Source: Thermoplasmata archaeon
Lineage (GTDB): Archaea; Thermoplasmatota; Thermoplasmata; Thermoplasmatales; Thermoplasmataceae
Direction of reading: 5' to 3'
Assembly (NCBI GenBank): GCA_021817735.1
Contig: JAKAFX010000001.1
Span: 1 to 51,998, forward strand
Length of the DNA stretch: 51,998 nt
In this document: piece after piece, positions 37,885 to 47,401 of the stretch
Position numbering within the stretch: position 1 is the first letter of the stretch
How the letters are laid out: every line of letters starts with the position of its first letter
Notes under the pieces: model-generated
Databases searched by the model: none
The model's input: only the letters and a program-made list of their open reading frames with translations
Told to the model about the DNA's origin: nothing
Program-made: the position numbers and the translations under genes

Positions 37885-40641
37885 CTATTTTTCATTTTTT
37901 GATCCAGTCCTTCCAGGTAGGAATACTCCCGATCTCAGTCTCCAGTATTCCACTACAAGGATAAGCATCAGAGCCAACGCTGAAATTCCATCATAGTTGT
38001 ATGTTATGAAATCGAAAAATCCACTCATAAAAGGTGGATGCGCGTATCTGTAAGAAATATCTACTGTGGTGTTTCCGGAGACGCTAAGTATGTAGGTTGA
38101 TGTTGCAGGGATGTAGTCTCCAGTTGATTCGGGAGAAAATACATATACTCCCATCGGAAGTTGCAGAAGCATTACTGTAGTGTTTGCAGTATAGACCCTG
38201 TTTGAGATCATTGTAGACCAGCAGTTGTCTGGGGGGATTCCCGACTCTATGATCCGAACAGCATAAAGCATGGCTGAAAAACCCACTGGTACAACTACGC
38301 CGCTGCCTTCTACCCTGAATGCGGTAGAAAACAGATGAGTCTCATACCCTTTGATACATGGTACGCTGAAATTGTAGGTTCCATTTGGGAGAGTGAAGTT
38401 AATCACTGGCAACCCTGAAATCACGATGTCTCCCGACTCGTTTATTGCCCATGGCATACCTGCGGGGAGTCCGTTCTCACAAAAAGTCACAACGTATCCC
38501 GCGGGCGGATGAACATAATAATGAATTGAGGTGTTGCATAGGTTGACATATCCTTGGGGGAGCAGCAGGTTGCTGCATACTGACATGTTGGCTGATCTGC
38601 CAATGAATACTGAGACGTTTTTCTGATGGCTCTGGGAAAAGTCAATTATATTTACTGTCTCGATAACGGCGCCACTTGCCTGGTCTTGGATAACTAAGGA
38701 TATATTAATGGGTATAGGTGATTGAAGATCAAAAACCGAGTCGCAGAGGACCCCAGATGAGGTGTTGAAAGCTGAGTTGACCCTGATTGAGACGGGGTTG
38801 CTAACCTGCACGGGGAAGGTCATGCTGGTCCTGAATCCATGTGGCGTCTCCGTAGAGGTGGTGAAATTAAGGTAAACATTGGTATTTTGAGTGTACATAT
38901 AATGTTGTATATTGACATTTACTGTAAGATAGGCCGTGACCGTTGCAAGCTCCATTACAGTCTGGTTGAAATAGCCTGCCGCAGGAATTGAAATACTCGC
39001 CGCAATAGTATATTGGAAGGCGTAGTTCCGGTTAATCCTGAAAGTGATATTGCTATTGCTGTGTGCAGTTAGATGTGTAGTAAGGAAAGATACTTGTGGA
39101 AGGGCCATAGAAAAGAGGAATGTTACATTGCAGGTTAGGGCTCCCTGTGTTGGTACAGGAAGAGGAGAAATCAGCTCAGATTTCCCAGCGATCGTAGCGT
39201 TGTAGGTCCCAAGATATGTAGTCCCCTCAGTCTCAGTCAGTGCAGTATTCGGCAAAACAATTACAGCATGGCCGTCGTGGACAAAAGGCTGAATCCCGGG
39301 CACATGCCCAAATTTCCTGTTGATCAAGTTCAACCATCCTGAGGCGCTTGATCTCAAAGTCGTATTCACAGCGCAGGACTTTACGCTAACATTGAACCCA
39401 TTCAAGGGGACCATTTCAGAGAATGCAGAAATATTGACAGTCGACGCTAAGATCGCCTGGGATCCTCCAGAGACAACGACAGGAACGCAGCTAGAGTTTC
39501 CTATTGCGCTGTAAAAAGGCCCAGAAATGTATGCGATACTACCATTCGTGAGAAGGAGGAAATCTGCCAGCGGATTTCGTAAATACGATGGGAATGTCAT
39601 CCTGCCGTTGTTAATTCCAAGGCGAGAGCAGTAGGAGACCAAGCTGGAATTATTCACCTGGATTTCATTGAATTGCAATCCCTGCCGATCAACCCAGTCC
39701 TGTGAATTTATTCTTGCAGAGAGATTCCATATAGTTGAATTGGAACCAATTCCCAAACTCATATTGTAGTACAGGGTCAGGCTGGATAAAACGGAGGACA
39801 AGTTTTCATGCATGTAGCTGAGATTAACTGAGAAGGTCAGAATCGATTTCGCGTATATTGAACCGGTATCAGGCATCTCCTGTCTTGCAAGGCTAGTACC
39901 GTTTAGCCTCACATTTATGCAATTATCACCATAGGGATTGTTTCCGCTTACCTGTATGGTAAAGGCAAGGGAATCCACGATTAGTTTTCCCCCGTACGCA
40001 GTGCTGGAAATGAATTCGATATTCTGGGGGGATGAAATTGGGTTACCGGAGGAAATTATGCATCCCGCGCTGAATCTGGTTGTTTCATTGCTGCTCGCAA
40101 GTCCCGATATGAAGGATCGAAAGAGTGATATGTTGCTGGAATGAAACATGATGGCCTCATGAGGGAATGTGGCCCCGGATGCATTTGAGATTGTTGAATT
40201 CCACATACATACATTCGTTCTTGAAAAGTTAGCATATCCGTCGATAATCAGGGAACTGTTCTTCATAAAGATGGAGGCTTTAATTCCACCCTGACCCCCG
40301 CAACTCAAGAATTGTGAGCAGCTTCCAGTACTCATTACCAGGTTTGAGTTGCAGAGCATTAGTTCCCCTCGGTTCAACAGCATCGCATCCCGTTTCTCGA
40401 ATATAACGCTGGCCCTTTGAATCCTGAGGACAGAACCGCTCGTCACGGTCAGATTGTTGAAAAGGTAACAGTAGGATCTTGTGAAGTTGTTTCCTATGGT
40501 CGAGATCGAAGTGGGAAATGGCTTGTGCTCATACGGGCCGACTTGGGATGACACTGGCGATACCGTACTGTATTGCGGGGCCGTGAACCCTGCAGGAGCT
40601 GCAAGTAGAAGTACTGAGAGAAATAGGATTATCAGTCTCAC
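37885..40641 (-). CDS. Large membrane-anchored surface glycoprotein
   Basis: Signal peptide, N/S/T-rich body with many sequons, two C-terminal thermopsin-type repeats (FCENGLPAGMPW, IESGIPPDNCW), C-terminal TM and basic tail. Confidence 0.85.
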   Translation of the reverse strand: MRLIILFLSVLLLAAPAGFTAPQYSTVSPVSSQVGPYEHKPFPTSISTIGNNFTRSYCYLFNNLTVTSGSVLRIQRASVIFEKRDAMLLNRGELMLCNSNLVMSTGSCSQFLSCGGQGGIKASIFMKNSSLIIDGYANFSRTNVCMWNSTISNASGATFPHEAIMFHSSNISLFRSFISGLASSNETTRFSAGCIISSGNPISSPQNIEFISSTAYGGKLIVDSLAFTIQVSGNNPYGDNCINVRLNGTSLARQEMPDTGSIYAKSILTFSVNLSYMHENLSSVLSSLTLYYNMSLGIGSNSTIWNLSARINSQDWVDRQGLQFNEIQVNNSSLVSYCSRLGINNGRMTFPSYLRNPLADFLLLTNGSIAYISGPFYSAIGNSSCVPVVVSGGSQAILASTVNISAFSEMVPLNGFNVSVKSCAVNTTLRSSASGWLNLINRKFGHVPGIQPFVHDGHAVIVLPNTALTETEGTTYLGTYNATIAGKSELISPLPVPTQGALTCNVTFLFSMALPQVSFLTTHLTAHSNSNITFRINRNYAFQYTIAASISIPAAGYFNQTVMELATVTAYLTVNVNIQHYMYTQNTNVYLNFTTSTETPHGFRTSMTFPVQVSNPVSIRVNSAFNTSSGVLCDSVFDLQSPIPINISLVIQDQASGAVIETVNIIDFSQSHQKNVSVFIGRSANMSVCSNLLLPQGYVNLCNTSIHYYVHPPAGYVVTFCENGLPAGMPWAINESGDIVISGLPVINFTLPNGTYNFSVPCIKGYETHLFSTAFRVEGSGVVVPVGFSAMLYAVRIIESGIPPDNCWSTMISNRVYTANTTVMLLQLPMGVYVFSPESTGDYIPATSTYILSVSGNTTVDISYRYAHPPFMSGFFDFITYNYDGISALALMLILVVEYWRLRSGVFLPGRTGSKNEK

Positions 40642-40741
40642 TGAAAGTGATTATTACGATATAGAAATAGTGACGGAGTACATATTTAGCATAATTCCAA
40701 TTAGTGCACAAATTATACTTATACCGATTATGGTATTTCGC

Positions 40742-41782
40742 CTACATGAGTGACTTTATCTTTTCCTCCATCTGCCTCCAGGTCTTACTGTGTTCCTTCA
40801 GGTAGCGCATGTCTCCGCTGTTAATCCTCAGTTTGAGCGGTTCTGATTCTGAATTGAACCGCTCGTATTCACGGAAAACGAGGGATTCCAGAAATGAATC
40901 GGCTAGCCTGACATAACGATTTTCCCCATCACTTCTGTACTTCCGGAGGTACAATTGTGACAGAACAAATGCAGCCATGAGATGAACCTGCACCGCTATC
41001 CTCCTGGGAAATCTTTCCAACCGAATTCTTTCCAGCACATCACGAAGGGAGAAGTTGCAGGCAATCATTGAATCCCTGTATCGAAGAAGTGAGCTGTTGA
41101 TTCTCAGCGATCGGGTGCGTGATCGGTGTTTCTCGGTTGACGTTCCCGTTGAGTAGAGATATGACCGAGGAAAATCTCCTTGTTCCACAGGGATAAAGAC
41201 AATGCCAAATGTCCGGCTGATCCTGGCCAGGAAATCGGTATCCCAACATACCCTGAGCCCTTTCCATCCTCCCGTTTCCTCAAGAATCTTTCTAGGATAA
41301 ACAGAGATAGCCGAATATAGGACCTTTTTCTCCCTGCTCTTGATGAACCTGTCTATTACGTCTGCCCAGGAAGGAGAATAAATCTTCTCCGGTGAGAATG
41401 TAACTATATAGTTTCCAGTGCTCTCTGCGACGCACCTTTGAAGATCCAGGCCATAGATTCCAGATGACTCTATTACTGTAAGATCATCATATTTCCTTAC
41501 CAGATCATTAAGTTCCATTGCAACTCTCGGGTTGTCGAGATGAGATACAATCATTATTTCACGGGGAATTCCAATCTCGTCAGCTATATCATCCATGCAG
41601 ATTATGGACTTTTCAATGCCAGTAACGTTGTTGGGCACGATCCCTATGAAAGTAAGTTTCCGTTTCTTCTCCTCCTCTGGCGAAAAGAAGAAAGGCTCGC
41701 CCATAAACTGCACAGGGATTGTCAAATCCACATCAGTGATAACAAAGAAAACGTCTTTGATAAATCTTCTGACATTTCCCAA
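40742..41782 (-). CDS. GT-A-fold (GT2-like) protein with a degenerate DxD motif
   Basis: STGNYIVTFSPE, ILEETGGW...WDTDFLAR. Start uncertain (ATG 41704 possible). Confidence 0.65.
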   Translation of the reverse strand: MGNVRRFIKDVFFVITDVDLTIPVQFMGEPFFFSPEEEKKRKLTFIGIVPNNVTGIEKSIICMDDIADEIGIPREIMIVSHLDNPRVAMELNDLVRKYDDLTVIESSGIYGLDLQRCVAESTGNYIVTFSPEKIYSPSWADVIDRFIKSREKKVLYSAISVYPRKILEETGGWKGLRVCWDTDFLARISRTFGIVFIPVEQGDFPRSYLYSTGTSTEKHRSRTRSLRINSSLLRYRDSMIACNFSLRDVLERIRLERFPRRIAVQVHLMAAFVLSQLYLRKYRSDGENRYVRLADSFLESLVFREYERFNSESEPLKLRINSGDMRYLKEHSKTWRQMEEKIKSLM

Positions 41783-42655
41783 AAACTTGAATGACTTGGT
41801 TTCCCCATATCGGGAGGTAAAATATCTAAAGCCTCCATTTGTGAATTGCCCTTCATGGTACTTCCAAAATGCATGAAGTCAGAGAGACAAGTAGCAACGC
41901 TTGCTAATCGAATATTTTCTTGGGATCGAAATCGCGCTGTAATTCATGCCAGCCACAAAATTGCATGGCCTGCAATGCAGTAATCTGAAATAACCCGTTA
42001 TATTGCCATAATACGCCCGCATCCCGAGCGCATCTCAAGCAGTACTCCTCGTCCGGCGACATAACCGGGCATATGAATGTAGTTCTGCGTGCTTCAAACG
42101 AGAAATCTGTTTCAACCAATGCGGTGAAGTTACGTGTTATATTTGCGAGTAAGTTGTCAAACCAGTCATGCATATTGAATCGAGCAGTCCTGCCATGGTT
42201 GCGTCGATTCAGGTGGAAAATACTGGGTGCAGGCAAAATAGATGACATTGATTCTAACCGTACATCACTAAGGGGTATTCGCTTTCGAGACGCTTATTAG
42301 ACTGCTGGAGTGAGGGATAGCTGCCTCCAAATCTATTTCTTGTTTTCCTTAGATCGGCGAGCATACTGCAATTCTTTGAGTAACTATCCCAGTGAAACGG
42401 ATCTGCTAGTTATTGCACCATGTAGTCCTTCAGCCTCAGATTGAAGTAGGAGATTAAAGACTGTTTGTTTCCTTTACTGTGGCCAACGAATAATGTTGCA
42501 GCATTACAAAGGAATGTGGAGGGTCAAGATCAATGTCAACATCGGTCACAAACTGTTCCAGCAGTATGGAAAGATAGGAGTATCGTCGCTCTCCCAGTAA
42601 GATCGTGACCTGAACTCATCCAAAAAAGCATTAATATTAACCGAGTCTCATTCAC

Positions 42656-43165
42656 ATGCTCATAATGGTCTTAGATCCTTCGACCATAAGCTACTTTGCT
42701 GTAGTTGTGGCACTTGGAATCATGCTGGGAATTCTTGTGTTTGTATCCTATGTCATCATACCATTCATCACGAGTTCTGCACAGAAGAAGATCAGAATAG
42801 ACTCTGGTCTACTGCTGGGAAGAGGGCTTGTTTTGGTGCGTACGTTTGGTATAGCTGCAATATTATTCTCAATCCTTTCGGTATTGCTCAGTTCTTGGGA
42901 TGTTTCTCCCAGTTTGTCTTCATTACTGACAAGTCTTTATCCAGTTTCATATGCACTGCTTGTATTCTATGTGATTCTGTTTGAAGGTGTGGTGTTCCCC
43001 AGTACCACGCGTTTTTCGCACGTTGCACAGTACCAGATCAATTCCGCTTACGAGAAATCTTATCCACACTTCATACTTGGAGAAAGAATGCTCAAAAGAA
43101 TTCACATAATCAGCATTACAGTCTCTGCTATCATGTTATTCGGAGTATTGGTTTATATCGTTTAA
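42656..43165 (+). CDS. Hypothetical membrane protein (~4 TM)
   Basis: Four hydrophobic stretches. AAAAAAGCATTAATATTAA BRE/TATA-like element upstream. Confidence 0.75.
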   Translation: MLIMVLDPSTISYFAVVVALGIMLGILVFVSYVIIPFITSSAQKKIRIDSGLLLGRGLVLVRTFGIAAILFSILSVLLSSWDVSPSLSSLLTSLYPVSYALLVFYVILFEGVVFPSTTRFSHVAQYQINSAYEKSYPHFILGERMLKRIHIISITVSAIMLFGVLVYIV

Positions 43166-43294
43166 GGCCTCTGAAAGAGGATTCTACTGCCATCTCCATC
43201 CCCCGGGTTAAAGGCTATCCACAAACTCGACAGTTAAGCCTGAAGGTGATTCTTATCAAAAGTCTATTTAGCAGAGACCTCATCTCATTTTGCA

Positions 43295-44686
43295 TTGTCC
43301 AGAGGATCAAAGGACGCAAAATCAAGGAAGAGCACAATTGAGCCAGAGGAGATCGAGGTCTCATACAACGGGCAGCAGAAAGGGGGTTTAGGCACATTCA
43401 CCATTTCACTGCCGCCAATGGTGGGGCTAAAGAGAGTAGATATTGCAATGATTTCAAGCAGCGGGTTCGAGAAGCTGGCAAGGGTGACAATGCGAAGTGA
43501 TGGCAGGTATCATCTCGAAACGAGGCTAGACGGAGCCGGTGAATATTCAGCCTCAGTAGCCGTATACGGCTCGACAGGAGTCGTGATCAAACCTTTCTCG
43601 TTTAAGGTGGAATCTATCAGAACTCAGCCCGAAGAAAGGAAAAAGAGAGATTCAAAACCGTCGAAGCCAAGTAAACAGCCCAAGGTGCCGCGGCAAGCGA
43701 AAATATCAAGGACTCCAGGCAAGATCGCTGGTATTCCGGATCCTCCTAAGCCGCCCAAGGAGATAATGGAATCTCAGTCGAGGATCTGGCCGATCTCATC
43801 CAATTATTCCCAGGCGCTTCAAAACCTGAAATTCTCAATCTCTTCCCAATATCCTCATCTGCTCAATGCAAAACTTGAGCCGAATCCAAACGTCAGGATG
43901 AAGTCTTACGTCTATGGCTCAGGGAATTTCGGAACAGTGTTCAAAGCCTCGCTCGATGGCAAATACTGGGCTCTGAAGCTTTTCACCAGGGCTTCTCCGG
44001 ACATAGCTGAGCGTTATTTTTACATAAGCTGGTTTCTCTCTCAAGTTAAACACCCTTTCCTCGTGAATTTCAACTACTATCCTTCTGCAGTCAGAGTCAT
44101 GAACAAGCCCAGTGAATATTTCCCAATGCTTGCCCTGGAATGGGTTGAGGGCATCACCCTTAACCAGTTCATAAACCGGAACCTGGGAAACAGGGCAATG
44201 ATCGAGAAGGCTGCCAAGTCTTTTCTGGATGGAGTTATGAGCCTTCAAGGATCAGGAATAGCTCATGGAGATCTTTCGGGAGACAATATCATAGTCTCAC
44301 CCAGTGGTGACATCACGTTCATTGACTATGATGGGATGTTTGTTCCCCCCCTTAAGGGTAAGTCATCATCCGAAAAAGGGCATGAACACTTCCAGCACCC
44401 TAAGAGGGGAGATGAATTCAATCTTGCAATGGATAATTTTTCAACCCTGGTAATCTACCTGTCTCTTATTGCAGTTGCCGAGGACAGGAGAATCTGGAAC
44501 TACAATGACGGGGATTCGGACAGGCTCATTTTTCAAGCCTCGGACTTCTTGAATCCGGACAAATCAAGAGTTTTCTCCGACTTGTCAAAGCAGAGCAAGA
44601 AAATAAGGATAAACACTGAACTTCTGGCTGATTTCTGCAGGCATGACTCGCAGTGGAAGTCATTTTCATTGAGCCAGATCACGTAG
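43295..44686 (+). CDS. Atypical Ser/Thr protein kinase with N-terminal beta-rich domain and Pro/Lys linker
   Basis: GSGNFGTVFK, WALKLF, LEWVEG, HGDLSGDNII, FIDYDGMFVP, GHEHFQHP, MDNFS. Confidence 0.9.
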   Translation: MSRGSKDAKSRKSTIEPEEIEVSYNGQQKGGLGTFTISLPPMVGLKRVDIAMISSSGFEKLARVTMRSDGRYHLETRLDGAGEYSASVAVYGSTGVVIKPFSFKVESIRTQPEERKKRDSKPSKPSKQPKVPRQAKISRTPGKIAGIPDPPKPPKEIMESQSRIWPISSNYSQALQNLKFSISSQYPHLLNAKLEPNPNVRMKSYVYGSGNFGTVFKASLDGKYWALKLFTRASPDIAERYFYISWFLSQVKHPFLVNFNYYPSAVRVMNKPSEYFPMLALEWVEGITLNQFINRNLGNRAMIEKAAKSFLDGVMSLQGSGIAHGDLSGDNIIVSPSGDITFIDYDGMFVPPLKGKSSSEKGHEHFQHPKRGDEFNLAMDNFSTLVIYLSLIAVAEDRRIWNYNDGDSDRLIFQASDFLNPDKSRVFSDLSKQSKKIRINTELLADFCRHDSQWKSFSLSQIT

Positions 44687-45398
44687 TCGTAATGTGGAGG
44701 AACGTTAGATCGTCATTCCGCATTTTTTTCATAGAAATTTCCCCTGAAAAAAGTTCCAGGGTGTTCCCATCGATAATATGATCCCATGATTCAGGGTAAT
44801 ACTCGATTATCCATTTTGAGACTGAATCTGTTGCAAGCACAAAATCAACCGACGCAGAGGTGAAACTCATCGACTTGAAGTCCGGTTTTCTCCACTTGAA
44901 TTCCTTGGAAAACGGGGAACCATAGCCGCTCCATATAAGTTTGGGGGATATGTTAAAATCTTCCGGCCGGGACAGCGGAAAAGAATCAAGGGCGCCGTTG
45001 TCATTCCTCAAAAAGCAACTATCGCCCACTGAAACCACACGGAATTCAATGGCATCTCCCGAATCCCTGCCCTCTAGAGCAGTGAAGGTGGAAAAGGAAC
45101 CGTTAATCGCCTTATTTTTCACAAACAACTTCAGTTGGTCCCACTTGATTTCTTCGTACCACCTATCCCTGGCTGTTCTCACGAGTTGCTCTATGAAGGC
45201 ACCGTCATCAAAGAGAGATAGGTTTGACTGCACATAGGATTCCACAAGGGCCCTGGCCCATACTCCAGAGAATATGGAATCACTGGCCCCATCCGCAACG
45301 GCAAACTTCATCCTGCCGGAGTCAAATAGTAGGTAATCTTCATTCTCCTCAGGCTTGTTGCCCAGCTTTGGCGCAGTGAATTCCCTTACTCTAATCAT
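44679..45398 (-). CDS. PP2C/PPM-family protein phosphatase
   Basis: ENED, FAVADGAS, SVGDS, LATD, RNDDLT metal-binding motifs. GTGA/ATGA-type 4-nt overlap with the vWA gene. Confidence 0.9.
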   Translation of the reverse strand: MIRVREFTAPKLGNKPEENEDYLLFDSGRMKFAVADGASDSIFSGVWARALVESYVQSNLSLFDDGAFIEQLVRTARDRWYEEIKWDQLKLFVKNKAINGSFSTFTALEGRDSGDAIEFRVVSVGDSCFLRNDNGALDSFPLSRPEDFNISPKLIWSGYGSPFSKEFKWRKPDFKSMSFTSASVDFVLATDSVSKWIIEYYPESWDHIIDGNTLELFSGEISMKKMRNDDLTFLHITTT

Positions 45399-46219
45399 CT
45401 CATCAGCGAAGAGATTGCTCTGGTTCCTATATCCAGCAGTTTTATGAGATCCTCTAGCTGAGCGTTGAACACATAGCCCCTGGCGCCCTGCTCAATATCC
45501 TTGTACTCTTCCTTGGCTATGGCGACCATGGAATCTGGAAGTTCGCTTGACATTTCGAACATCTTGCGTGCATACTTATCCTCAGGAAGCTTAGACTCTG
45601 AGGAAGGGTATGAGACAGGAGTTACCCTTGACTCCGAGAGATGGCAGTTCCATACTTGCGCATTCCCGTCGTATGTTGCGAGCTCCTTTATGTCATTGAC
45701 TACTGCAGAGGGATCCCCATCAGTGGCCTCTCCGTCACTTATGTTGATTATCACAGGGGGATACGAATTCATGTGCGAGTTGATCCACGAACTTATCCAT
45801 TCCTTGGCCATGGTGAACCCCTTCACCATTGGAGTGTCGCTTGCAGCTACCGGGTCAAACCATACAGGAAAATCAAAATCAATCTCCTCCCCCTCTATGA
45901 TCTGTTTTCTCTTCTCGACTTTCAGTATTCTTGTCTCAAGTTCAGATATGGGTACAATCTGCGAATCCTTCAGCAGTGACGTGGCGGTGTCTCTGGCAAC
46001 TCCATATCCGATGATCCCAATCTCGAAATAATTCCTTACCCCTTCAGATTTTGTGCATCGGTTGAGAAGCTCGTTCAGCTGCTTGTTGATAGCATCGGAG
46101 GCCTCAATGGCCTTTGACTTGGAACCTCCACCGATCTTGTGACTCATCGACCTGGACTGATCTACCAGGAAAACAAACAGTCCCGGGTTGTTCCTGCTTA
46201 TCTCGGCTGAGTATGGCAT
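45395..46219 (-). CDS. von Willebrand factor A domain protein (TerY-like)
   Basis: MIDAS DQSRS in FVFLVDQSRSM, TPM, NISDGEATDG. Own TATA (TATTATATA) ~20-28 nt upstream. Confidence 0.9.
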   Translation of the reverse strand: MPYSAEISRNNPGLFVFLVDQSRSMSHKIGGGSKSKAIEASDAINKQLNELLNRCTKSEGVRNYFEIGIIGYGVARDTATSLLKDSQIVPISELETRILKVEKRKQIIEGEEIDFDFPVWFDPVAASDTPMVKGFTMAKEWISSWINSHMNSYPPVIINISDGEATDGDPSAVVNDIKELATYDGNAQVWNCHLSESRVTPVSYPSSESKLPEDKYARKMFEMSSELPDSMVAIAKEEYKDIEQGARGYVFNAQLEDLIKLLDIGTRAISSLMR

Positions 46220-46327
46220 ACTGAGTAATTGCTGACCGTATATAATATACTTTTAGTGGTTGACCCCAGCCAAACACGTGCAACGGCAGCAAATTCAAGC
46301 GCCATTTCCCGCAGCGCTTGCATTCTA

Positions 46328-47338
46328 TCATGAAATAAATGGAATTTTTTCTTTGCAAAACAGGCACTTCCCATTGATTATTCCAATGTATTCAGTTTCG
46401 AATCCCTCCCTCTTTACCAGAAGATTCCCACAGTAAGGGCAATAGGTGTTCTGGTATCTGTGACCCGGGACATTTCCAAGATAGACATACTTGAAACCCA
46501 GATCTGTTGCGTGCTGCCAGTGCTTTTCAAGTGTGGCCACAGGAGTGCTTGCGATTTCCATCATCCTGTAATCCGGGTGGAATCTGAGGAAGCTTATGGG
46601 TACCTGGTCCCCTGCAATTTCAAGGATTTTTCGAAGCATATGGTCAAGTTCGTCCATGTTGTCTCCGACCCCTGGGACAACCAGATCGGTGATCTCCACA
46701 TGAATTCCTGCCCTAATCATCCTGGAGATAGTATCATAAATCGGCTCTGCAGAAGGAACCGAGATATACTTCCTGTAGAAGTCAGTTGCACCATTCCCCT
46801 TGAAATCCACGGTTGCAAAGTCAAGGAACTCCCTGCAAAGTACAACGGCTTCTGGGGTTTCGTATCCGTTCGTCACAAATATGTTAAACAACCCCTTCTC
46901 CCTGGCCAGTACACCGATGTCGTGTGCGTATTCTATGAAAATTGTTGGTTCGTTATACGTGTAAGCTAACCCCTGGGCTCCAACTTGTAGAGCCAGGTCA
47001 ACTATCTCGTCGGGCCTGACAAAATCCTCTCCAACGGTTCTATTCTGGCTGATCTGCCAGTTCTGGCAATACTGGCACGCATAGTTGCAGCCCATGGTTC
47101 CAAGTGAAAGAACCTTGGAGCCGGGGTGGGCATGCATAACAGGCTTCTTCTCAATTGGATCAAGATGAACTGCAACGGGTTGCCCATAGTTCTCGAGCAT
47201 CAATCTGCCGTTCCTGTTTGCGCGTATTCCGCAGAAGCCACGCTGATCTAATGCAAGAACGCAATACCTGCGGCACGCTGTGCATCTCACATTGTCTCCT
47301 TCGACCTGAGTATACAGCACTGCCTGCATGGATATCAC
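46328..47338 (-). CDS. amrS: AmmeMemoRadiSam system radical SAM enzyme
   Basis: N-terminal CTACRRYC...GFCGIR, DPIEKKP, CNYACQYC (CxxxCxxC), YTYNEP, RFHPDY, NTYCPYCG. Likely start ATG 47329. Confidence 0.95.
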   Translation of the reverse strand: MISMQAVLYTQVEGDNVRCTACRRYCVLALDQRGFCGIRANRNGRLMLENYGQPVAVHLDPIEKKPVMHAHPGSKVLSLGTMGCNYACQYCQNWQISQNRTVGEDFVRPDEIVDLALQVGAQGLAYTYNEPTIFIEYAHDIGVLAREKGLFNIFVTNGYETPEAVVLCREFLDFATVDFKGNGATDFYRKYISVPSAEPIYDTISRMIRAGIHVEITDLVVPGVGDNMDELDHMLRKILEIAGDQVPISFLRFHPDYRMMEIASTPVATLEKHWQHATDLGFKYVYLGNVPGHRYQNTYCPYCGNLLVKREGFETEYIGIINGKCLFCKEKIPFIS

Positions 47339-47401
47339 CTGCAGCTATAGTAGGAATATCCTCGGCATAAGTTTTTTCCAGTTTTACTGGTTGTGTGCGA
47401 C

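Noticed and set aside
41904..42300. ORFs 41904..42248 (-) and 42073..42300 (+)
   Set aside because: They overlap each other, have no recognisable motif and no clear promoter or RBS, so they are not called as genes.
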